The notes beneath the pieces are model-generated. The model was not told the origin of the DNA and made no database searches. It was given only the letters and a program-made list of their open reading frames with translations. Shown one piece after another: positions 55,095 to 61,758 of a stretch of DNA of 61,758 bases. Every line of letters begins with the position of its first letter. The stretch's first letter is position 1. The stretch comes from an uncultured Bacilli bacterium (GTDB taxonomy: Bacteria; Bacillota_I; Bacilli_A; RF39; UBA660): the NCBI GenBank assembly GCA_947600335.1, contig CANQGB010000002.1, positions 1-61,758 on the forward strand. Direction: 5' to 3'. Both the position numbers and the translations under genes were made by a program.

Positions 55095-56573
55095 TTAAAT
55101 AACAATCGTAATTAAATTACTTGACCCTTTATTAACAATTTTCGTAACTGTTTGACTTAATTTATAACGCATATTTTCCGGCATAACATTTAATTTAGCT
55201 TGAATACCTTCTTTAACTATTACATCTAAACTCCGACCAAAAATTTCACTTTGCCAAATACTATTCGGGTCAGTTTCATAATCTTTCATTAAATAATTAA
55301 TCAATTCTTTACTTTGTAATTCACTACCAATAATTGGTTCAAAAGTTGACTCAACATTAACTTTCATCAAATGAATACTTGAAGCAACAGCCTTTAACTT
55401 AACTCCATATCTTGAGCCTTGTTTGACTATTTCAGGGGTTGACAAAGTCATATCTTTTAACGATGGATAAACTATACCATAACCCGTACTTTTAGCCATT
55501 TTTAAAGCCTCTTTCATACTATCTAACTCTTCTTTACCCTCTTTATAAGTGGTAAAAATCTTTAAAAGTCCGGCTTTAGTAGTAACCATATCCCCCATTA
55601 AATCTTTTAAAATTTGATTATATAATTCATCGCTACTTTCTAAATTAATGGTGACATTGCCTGTTGCGGTATCGACTTCACTTATATAACTTTTACTAAT
55701 TATTTCACTATCACTAAAAGAATTTAAAATATTATCGACATCGCGTATTTTATTAACGGTTGTAATACTTTCTCTAATTTTTTCTAAATAATGTTTCTTT
55801 ATATAATGATTATTATCTAAAACATGAACCCATTTAGGAATATTTACTTTAATATCTAAAACTGGAAATTCGTATAAAGCCTCTTTTAAAACATTTAAAA
55901 TTTCGGATTCATCCATATCAACTACACTAATGGGAATAACAGGTACATCATAACTTTCTTTTAAACTTTCGGCTAGATTTCGGGTATCTGGGTTATTTTT
56001 ATTCTTAGTATTTAAAACGACAATAAAAGGTTTACCTAATTCTTTTAATTCATAAATAACTTTTTCTTCGGCTTCGATATAATTTTCTCTGGGAATTTCA
56101 CCAAATGATGCATCAGTAGTGACCACAATTCCGATAGTTGCATGGTCTTTAATAACTTTTTCCGTTCCAATCTCAGCCGCTTCATTAAAAGGTATCGATT
56201 CATCAAACCAAGGTGTTTTGACCATTCTAGGATTACCATCTTCATCAATATGTCCTGTTGCCCCTTTAATTATATAACCTACACAATCGACTAATTTAAT
56301 ATTAGTTGAAAATTCATCAATTTTAATAGTTGCCCCGCTACTAGGCACAAATTTAGGTTCCGTAGTCATAATTGCTTTACCCTCAGCACTTTGAGGTATT
56401 TCATCTAAGCATTTTCTTTTTTCATATTCATCTTCGATATTGGGAACAACTAAATTTTCAATAAAGCGTTTAATAAAGGTACTTTTACCACATCTAACTG
56501 CTCCAACTACTCCTAAGTAAATTTCACCATTACCTCTTTTAGCAATAGAAGCAATTATCTCATTTTTTTCCAT
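55095..56573 (-). CDS. spoIVA: Stage IV sporulation protein A (spore-coat basement-layer ATPase)
   Basis: 492 aa, collinear by eye with B. subtilis SpoIVA (IYLGVVGAVRCGKSTFIK, MTTEPKFVP, LVDCVGY, ALYEFPVL, GSRYGVKLKAVASSIH). The spoIVA-hbs adjacency matches Bacillus. Confidence 0.95.
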   Translation of the reverse strand: MEKNEIIASIAKRGNGEIYLGVVGAVRCGKSTFIKRFIENLVVPNIEDEYEKRKCLDEIPQSAEGKAIMTTEPKFVPSSGATIKIDEFSTNIKLVDCVGYIIKGATGHIDEDGNPRMVKTPWFDESIPFNEAAEIGTEKVIKDHATIGIVVTTDASFGEIPRENYIEAEEKVIYELKELGKPFIVVLNTKNKNNPDTRNLAESLKESYDVPVIPISVVDMDESEILNVLKEALYEFPVLDIKVNIPKWVHVLDNNHYIKKHYLEKIRESITTVNKIRDVDNILNSFSDSEIISKSYISEVDTATGNVTINLESSDELYNQILKDLMGDMVTTKAGLLKIFTTYKEGKEELDSMKEALKMAKSTGYGIVYPSLKDMTLSTPEIVKQGSRYGVKLKAVASSIHLMKVNVESTFEPIIGSELQSKELINYLMKDYETDPNSIWQSEIFGRSLDVIVKEGIQAKLNVMPENMRYKLSQTVTKIVNKGSSNLITIVI

Positions 56574-56660
56574 TTACTAATCCTCTTTCCATTTTTCTAT
56601 TTAAGCGTATGAAAAAAGAAAGTCGTTTAGAACTTTCTCGTATATTTTTTTCAAAATTAA

Positions 56661-56867
56661 TTAAAACTTACCTTTTTCATAAAAAATATCATCGGGTTTT
56701 AAGTCAAATATCGCCGCAATTTTCTTGGCCATATAATAAAACAATTTTCTTTTTTTATGTTCAATTTGCCAGTAAAAGCACTCACTTATTCCCAACTTTT
56801 CTGCCATATCTTTATAACTAAACTTATATTTTTTTCGTAATTTAGTTAATTTTTTATATGTATCCAT
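56661..56867 (-). CDS. Small XRE-family HTH regulator (68 aa), paralogue of 57694-57897
   Basis: LTKLRKKYKFSYKDMAEKLGISECFYWQIEHKKRKLFYYMAKKIAAIFDLKPDDIFY. The ATG at 56867 is preferred. Confidence 0.75.
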   Translation of the reverse strand: MDTYKKLTKLRKKYKFSYKDMAEKLGISECFYWQIEHKKRKLFYYMAKKIAAIFDLKPDDIFYEKGKF

Positions 56868-56978
56868 TTCTGATTCACCCACTTTATTAATTAAATTATA
56901 GCATATTTTATTATAATAACCCACAGTTTTCCGTATTTTAAATTTTTTTAAGCGAAAATTATTAATAGGTGATTTTCA

Positions 56979-57410
56979 ATGTTTGAACATCTTAAAGAAA
57001 TTAGAAATTATGAAGGCTTAACGCAAAAAGAAGTAGCAAATATATTAGGAGTAGCAAGAAGCACTTATGCTGGTTGGGAAAGTGGTAAAGATATTATTCC
57101 TTTTCCTAAATTAATTATTTTTGCCAATTACTTTAAAGTTTCCTTAGACTATTTAGTTGGCAATACTTTAAATATTGAATATGTTAATTCAACTGGTGAA
57201 ATTGATTTAAAAACGGTAGCTAATAATTTAAAACAATTTCGCGAAGATTTTAATATTACGCAAACTAAATTAGCTAAGACATTAAAATGTAGTCAGCCTA
57301 GCATCGTAAAATATGAATCAGGAGAACATTTAATTACCACTACCTATGCCCTAGAATTTTCTAAACAATATAATTATTCTTTAGATAAGTTAGTTGGTCG
57401 TAAAAAATAG
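56979..57410 (+). CDS. Tandem double-HTH XRE-family regulator (143 aa)
   Basis: Two Cro/C1-type HTH units (LTQKEVANILGVARSTYAGWESG and ITQTKLAKTLKCSQPSIVKYESG). AGGTGA RBS. Confidence 0.8.
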   Translation: MFEHLKEIRNYEGLTQKEVANILGVARSTYAGWESGKDIIPFPKLIIFANYFKVSLDYLVGNTLNIEYVNSTGEIDLKTVANNLKQFREDFNITQTKLAKTLKCSQPSIVKYESGEHLITTTYALEFSKQYNYSLDKLVGRKK

Positions 57411-57411
57411 G

Positions 57412-57654
57412 TTAAAACATTTTGTCCACATTTTTAGGTACCTTATCAGTCATAATGGTACTTATTATTTTATCTTCCTTTTCTTTAGAAACGCTTTTAC
57501 CAGTCATTTGACTCAAAGTAGCAATTATTTCTCTTAAAGTAGTTTCATCTTTCATTCCCGTTGTTTGTAATTTTTTCGCCAAAGTTATAATTGTTTCCTT
57601 ATTAACTTTGGTTTTCTTTTCTATTTTATCATAAAGTTCATCTTTAATTTCCAT
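57412..57654 (-). CDS. SpoVIF-like (stage VI sporulation protein F family) small protein
   Basis: 80 aa. The pattern KIEKKTKVNKETIITLAKKLQTTGMKDETTLREIIATLSQMTGKSVSKEKEDKIISTI parallels B. subtilis SpoVIF/YjcC. Confidence 0.6.
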   Translation of the reverse strand: MEIKDELYDKIEKKTKVNKETIITLAKKLQTTGMKDETTLREIIATLSQMTGKSVSKEKEDKIISTIMTDKVPKNVDKMF

Positions 57655-57693
57655 TTAACATTCACCTAAAATAGTATATGTTTTAAGTAATTT

Positions 57694-57897
57694 TTAGTTA
57701 TCATCAAAAAATATATCATCGGGTTTTAAGTTAAAAATAGCCGCGATTTTGACAGCGACATCATAATATAATCGGCGATTTTGGTGTTCTATTTGCCAAT
57801 AATAAGATTTACTCATATTTAATATCTTAGCCATATCATCACAAGATAAGCCTAATTCATTTCTTAATTCTTTTAATTTTACTGTACTTTTTTTCAT
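57694..57897 (-). CDS. Small XRE-family HTH regulator (67 aa)
   Basis: LKELRNELGLSCDDMAKILNMSKSYYWQIEHQNRRLYYDVAVKIAAIFNLKPDDIFF. GGAGGAT RBS. Confidence 0.8.
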   Translation of the reverse strand: MKKSTVKLKELRNELGLSCDDMAKILNMSKSYYWQIEHQNRRLYYDVAVKIAAIFNLKPDDIFFDDN

Positions 57898-57917
57898 TTT
57901 ATCCTCCGAGTGTCTTT

Positions 57918-57946
57918 ATAATACCCTAATTTTAGGGTAATGTCAA
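57918..57946 (-). promoter_or_regulatory. Promoter TTGACA-17-TATTAT of the 67-aa XRE gene, with the 18-bp palindromic operator TACCCTAA-TT-TTAGGGTA (57922-57939) overlapping the -10 and filling most of the spacer
   Basis: Read directly. The 8-bp arms are perfect. Confidence 0.65.
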
Positions 57947-58017
57947 TTTTGTGCAGTTATAGTATGGTAGACTTAGTTTTTTTAAATTCATATAGTTAAA
58001 AATGGAGGAAGTGCAGT

Positions 58018-58272
58018 ATGAATTCAATTAAAAAAATTGTTGGAAATAACATTAAATATTTTCGATATCAATCAAATTTATCACAAGAAAAATTTTATGA
58101 ACAATTTGATTTAAATTCCAAATATTTAGCTTGTGTAGAAAGAGGCGAAGTTAATGTAACTATCGAATTTCTTTACAACTTAGCTAAAATTTTAAAAGTA
58201 GATATAAGAGAATTTTTTAATCCTGATGAATCACGTTTTATAACTAAAAAACGGATTGATAGTAAAAACTAA
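58018..58272 (+). CDS. XRE-family HTH regulator (84 aa)
   Basis: IKYFRYQSNLSQEKFYEQFDLNSKYLACVERGEVNVTIEFLYNLAKILKVDIREFF. GGAGGAAG RBS. Confidence 0.75.
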   Translation: MNSIKKIVGNNIKYFRYQSNLSQEKFYEQFDLNSKYLACVERGEVNVTIEFLYNLAKILKVDIREFFNPDESRFITKKRIDSKN

Positions 58273-58334
58273 GTTCTAAATTCTATTCATATCAAATTAA
58301 AAATTTCCATATTAATTTATGGAAAAATTTTTTG

Positions 58335-59579
58335 TCAAAAAACATTTAGTTTACTATCTTGAGTCTTTAATAATTCATAATATTCACTGTAACTTTTTAA
58401 ATCATCATCATTACAAATATAAAAATTGTCATCTTCAACATACCAACAAGCATCATCTTTAACTAAAATATATAACATAGATTCTAAATATTCCATTTTT
58501 TCATTATTAATTTTTTCTTCTTCTTCGAAAGTTTTTGAATTACTAAAATTAGCTAATTTATTAATATAACTTGCATAAATATTTTCATAAAACATACCTA
58601 GATTATAAGGAGTAATTTGATACATTGCCATACTTTCATTAGTTAATCGTTTCATTTCTGCCAATGCCTTATCAGCTTTTTCTTTTCTTGCATTTAAATC
58701 ATTATACAAATTAACTGCATTTTCTTTGCCTTTTTTTAAAAAATCTGTATTTAGTAAATAAAAGGTCCCATAAGCTGAATTTTCATTATATAAATCTTGA
58801 TTATTTTTAAATTGAATATAATCATCTTTAACTATTGATTCAACTACCCGATATTTACCATAAGCATAAAGATTAGAATCTAATTTATAATCATCAATAT
58901 TTAAATACTTAAATTCTTTTTGCAAAATAGCCATATTATAATTATCCCATAACATTAATAAATTAATTAATATTCCTAAAACAATTAATATATACCCATA
59001 ATTGTTAAAAAAACATTGCAATTTACTAGTTTCTTCTAATGATTGTAAATCAATTGTCTTAACCGAAATATTACCATTTTTTAGGATCTTCATTAAATCT
59101 TCCAGATTATTATTTTCATTCTTTATAATAAACAGAATTTTTTCCTTAGAATACAATAAAATAACTTTTTTTAAAATCACAATAGAATCTATCGTATCCC
59201 AAGATTTTTCGATTTCATAATCTAAAGATTTATGAAATATCTTTTTATCTGTAATTACATATTCACCTTCACTTGCTAAATTACACATAAATAGTACTTT
59301 TATAATAACAATTAAAAACAAACCATTTATTAATAATAAAAGCCAAAAGATAAACATTAAAATATTGACTATTATATTTAAATTATTTAAACTATCTAAA
59401 AATACCATAATCGGAATTAACATAAAAATAACTAATAAATTGCATAAATAAAAACTACTAAAAGTTCTTATTTTTTTTATTTTATTATTGGCAATTTTTC
59501 GCTTATCCAACCATATTCCCAAAGCTATATTTAGATAATTATAAAATTCTAAGCTTCTATATTTATATTTTATTTTCAT
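58335..59579 (-). CDS. Membrane protein of unknown function (~414 aa)
   Basis: The ATG at 59579 follows an AGGGTGA RBS. There are several TM helices in the N-terminal half and one more near aa 195-215. Confidence 0.55.
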   Translation of the reverse strand: MKIKYKYRSLEFYNYLNIALGIWLDKRKIANNKIKKIRTFSSFYLCNLLVIFMLIPIMVFLDSLNNLNIIVNILMFIFWLLLLINGLFLIVIIKVLFMCNLASEGEYVITDKKIFHKSLDYEIEKSWDTIDSIVILKKVILLYSKEKILFIIKNENNNLEDLMKILKNGNISVKTIDLQSLEETSKLQCFFNNYGYILIVLGILINLLMLWDNYNMAILQKEFKYLNIDDYKLDSNLYAYGKYRVVESIVKDDYIQFKNNQDLYNENSAYGTFYLLNTDFLKKGKENAVNLYNDLNARKEKADKALAEMKRLTNESMAMYQITPYNLGMFYENIYASYINKLANFSNSKTFEEEEKINNEKMEYLESMLYILVKDDACWYVEDDNFYICNDDDLKSYSEYYELLKTQDSKLNVF

Positions 59580-59608
59580 TAGTATCACCCTAAGCCCTTT
59601 AAACTAAT

Positions 59609-61171
59609 TTATTTGGCCTCTTCTTGCACTCTAGTTTCCCGAATCACTGTCACTTTAATTGTTCCAGGATATTTCATTTCTTCTTCAATTTTATTTTTTA
59701 TATCTCGCGCAATTTTAAAACTCTTGATATCATCAACTTCTTCTGGTTCGACCATAACGCGCAATTCTCGACCAGCTTGCATGGCATAACTTTTCTTAAC
59801 CCCTTCAAATGAATCGCCAATGTTTTCTAATTGTTCAAGTCTTTTAATATAGTTTTCTAAAGAATCATTTCGAGCTCCTGGTCTTGCGGCGGATAAAGTA
59901 TCAGCTATTTCAACTAATACAGCAATAACGGAATTTTGTTGTTCATCTCCATGATGAGATGCAATAGCATTAATAACTATTTCATCTTCATGATACTTTT
60001 TAGCAATATCAACTCCAATTTCAACATGTGAGCCTTCAATTTCAAAATCGATAGCTTTCCCAATATCATGTAACAATCCGGCTCTTCTCGCGAGAATAAC
60101 ATTTTCGCCTAATTCACTAGCCATTAAACCTGTTAAATTTGCAACTTCAATGGAATGTTGTAAAGCATTTTGACCATAACTAGTCCGAAAATGAAGTTTT
60201 CCGATTAAATGAACTAAATCAGGTTCCACATTACTTATACCCAATTTAAACAAAGCTTCCGTACCCATTTCCATAATCTTATTATCGATATCTTTGCTTA
60301 TTTTATCATAAACTTCTTCTATTCTAGATGGATGAATTCGACCATCTTTTATTAAAGTTTCAATTGTTCCTTTAGCAATCTCTCTTCGTAATGGGTCAAA
60401 ACTAGAAATAACTATCGCTTCCGGAGTATCATCAATAATTAAATCAACTCCTGTTACTGACTCAATAGTTCGAATATTTCTTCCTTCCCGGCCAATTAAA
60501 CGACCTTTCATTTCATCATTCGGTAAAGTTATAGTACTAACAGTTTGTTCACTTGCTACATCCTCTGAATATCTTTGCATACTAGATACAATCAAATCTT
60601 TGGCTTTATCATTTGCTACCAAAGTAGCTTCTCTTTCTTTTTCTTTAATTAATTTAGTCATTTCTAATGATATTTCTTCTTCGACTCTTTTCATTATTAT
60701 AGAACGAGCCTTCTCTTTTGATAAATTAGATATCTCTTCTAATTTTTTCATCTCATCTTTTAGCAAATCATCTATTTTTAATTCTTTTTCTTGCAATTCT
60801 TTTTGCTTAGCTAATAAATTATTATCTCGTTCATCAAGGACAGCATCCCTTTTTTGCAACATTTCATCTCTTTTATCTAAATTAGCTTCCCGTTGCATTA
60901 AACGATTTTCAGTTTCTTTTATTTCATCTTTTTTAATTTTAATTTCTTTATCAGCCTCTTGTTTTAACCTAAAAGATTCTTCTTTAAGTTCTAACATACT
61001 ATCTCGTTTATATTTATCAGCTTCTTTTTTAGACTCTGTTAACATATCTTGTGCTTTTTTGGCGGCTTTATTTCCTTTTATAGTTAAAAGAGCATAAATA
61101 AATGCTGTGCCAAGAAAAATACCAAAAACTAAAGCTAAAATAATGGATGCTATATAATTTCTAAAATCCAT
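59609..61171 (-). CDS. rny: Ribonuclease Y
   Basis: 520 aa with an N-terminal TM helix, a coiled coil, a KH domain (IGREGRNIR) and an HD domain ([12 protein letters not shown]). Confidence 0.95.
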   Translation of the reverse strand: MDFRNYIASIILALVFGIFLGTAFIYALLTIKGNKAAKKAQDMLTESKKEADKYKRDSMLELKEESFRLKQEADKEIKIKKDEIKETENRLMQREANLDKRDEMLQKRDAVLDERDNNLLAKQKELQEKELKIDDLLKDEMKKLEEISNLSKEKARSIIMKRVEEEISLEMTKLIKEKEREATLVANDKAKDLIVSSMQRYSEDVASEQTVSTITLPNDEMKGRLIGREGRNIRTIESVTGVDLIIDDTPEAIVISSFDPLRREIAKGTIETLIKDGRIHPSRIEEVYDKISKDIDNKIMEMGTEALFKLGISNVEPDLVHLIGKLHFRTSYGQNALQHSIEVANLTGLMASELGENVILARRAGLLHDIGKAIDFEIEGSHVEIGVDIAKKYHEDEIVINAIASHHGDEQQNSVIAVLVEIADTLSAARPGARNDSLENYIKRLEQLENIGDSFEGVKKSYAMQAGRELRVMVEPEEVDDIKSFKIARDIKNKIEEEMKYPGTIKVTVIRETRVQEEAK

Positions 61172-61395
61172 AAAAATCCTCCATTATTTATAATAGCAAA
61201 TTTAATTAAAATAAATTCACTTACATACTAATTATAAGATTTTATGACAAATTTAGCAATAGTTTTAATAAATTATAATATTACAAAGTAAGTTCAAAAT
61301 TTAATTATAGTATTATTATAAATTATAATATCTTTCTAGTATCTTCTTTACATTTATATCTTATCATAGAAAAAGAAAAAACTTTGTCAAAAATT

Positions 61396-61422
61396 AAAAC
61401 TACGCCTTCAAGACGTAGTTTT
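61396..61422 (-). terminator. 9-bp hairpin (AAAACTACG / CGTAGTTTT) with a trailing T-rich run. It is either the terminator after tnpA or an IS200 sub-terminal hairpin
   Basis: Read directly. Two further hairpins follow at 61429-61441 and 61455-61468, and another (ACCCTT-TCC-AAGGGT) lies just inside the tnpA 3' end. Confidence 0.5.
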
Positions 61423-61501
61423 TAAGCAACCCTATAAGGGTATATTACTGGCGACCTCCACATGGAGGCTTTTTTTTAATCAGCCAACCGTCTTTGTCAC
61501 T

Positions 61502-61758
61502 CTAGCTTACCCTTGGAAAGGGTCTTTTTATTGTTTGCTTATTTAATCCTAATGTGCTTACATAGTATCCTTTTGCCCAAAAATTTCTTTGGCCATATTT
61601 ATATTTTCAGTTTGCATGATTATCGAATATCATTAACGCACTTTTCCCTTTCATATATCCCATGAATTGTGATATATTAAACGTAGGTGGAATTTTTAAC
61701 AACATATGTATATGGTCTATACATGCTTTTGCTTCTATTATTTCCACTCCTTTATATT
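61502..61758 (-). pseudogene. tnpA: 3' part of an IS200/IS605-family tnpA (Y1/HUH transposase), truncated by the window edge and carrying an in-frame TGA
   Basis: The minus-strand translation is YKGVEIIEAKACIDHIHMLLKIPPTFNISQFMGYMKGKSALMIFDNHAN*KYKYGQRNFWAKGYYVSTLGLNKQTIKRPFPRVS*. HIH is the HUH motif and FWAKGYYVSTLG is a typical block. The TGA is at 61607-61609. The C-terminal Tyr helix is not present in frame. Confidence 0.75.

Noticed and set aside
56604-56611. A CATACGCT element upstream of spoIVA, resembling the sigma-E -10 consensus (CATACA-T)
   Set aside because: I could not find a matching sigma-E -35 element at the right distance. A single 8-mer is insufficient, so it is not reported as a feature.
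60600-61097. 165-aa plus-strand ORF antisense to rny. The remaining short antisense or alternate-frame ORFs in the track fall into the same class: 6769, 12906, 15139, 18535, 20658, 21060, 33532, 34477, 38234, 40760, 41152, 45893, 46635, 48975, 49518, 50423, 50601, 54694, 56045, 56609, 59002 and 59624
   Set aside because: All lie within well-supported genes on the opposite strand or in another frame. They lack RBSs and encode Ser/Phe/Leu/Ile-rich low-complexity products expected from the complement of Lys/Glu/Asn-rich genes.
61607-61609. The in-frame TGA in tnpA as a hint of genetic code 4 (TGA = Trp), as in Mollicutes
   Set aside because: All the long housekeeping ORFs are free of in-frame TGA, and several genes terminate with TGA (for example the 217-aa gene at 8667). 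As I recall the family, the homologous TnpA position is Leu, not Trp. A nonsense mutation in a decaying IS is the simpler reading.

Overview
This is a 61.8-kb chromosomal segment that looks very AT-rich by eye. It reads with the standard genetic code: the long ORFs contain no in-frame TGA and several genes end in TGA. It most likely comes from a low-GC, endospore-forming member of the Bacillota, because spoIVA, a spoVIF-like gene and a ylmC/ymxH-like gene are present. The large majority of genes lie on the minus strand.

Housekeeping backbone: lspA-rluD, efp, rpmG, a ybxB-like methyltransferase followed by rpoB-rpoC, an ABC-F ATPase, a dGTPase-like HD protein, ftsK, a pgsA-HD fusion, RNase J, a tail-less ssb, cdsA-rseP, hbs, spoIVA, RNase Y, and two solitary tRNAs (Met-CAT and Glu-CTC).

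Accessory content:
- a 1213-aa protein built from nine tandem modules
- a sortase B gene facing its NPQTG substrate
- a GntR/ABC-2 operon
- an ABC transporter plus two-component module
- a tandem pair of mosaic membrane-protein paralogues
- a cluster of four XRE regulators
- IS remnants

Best candidates for something undescribed:
1. An unannotated 27-codon hydrophobic ORF whose promoter spacer holds a near-consensus LexA box. This suggests an SOS-induced toxin or division inhibitor.
2. A ClpX-family AAA+ protein with an unrecognisable 340-aa N-terminal domain, translationally coupled to a 103-aa ORF, sitting where rplJ-rplL normally precede rpoB.
3. A WYL-regulator gene followed by a transmembrane-less FtsH-like AAA+/M41 protease gene directly downstream of rpoC.
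4. The giant multi-HTH repeat protein.
5. A phased 21-22 bp repeat array upstream of the tail-less SSB gene.

The right edge ends in a decayed IS200/IS605 tnpA and the left edge in a poly-C run, so both edges are probably assembly boundaries. I saw no rRNA gene, CRISPR array or riboswitch I could recognise. Every call was made by reading the sequence and translations by eye; no searches or computations were run.
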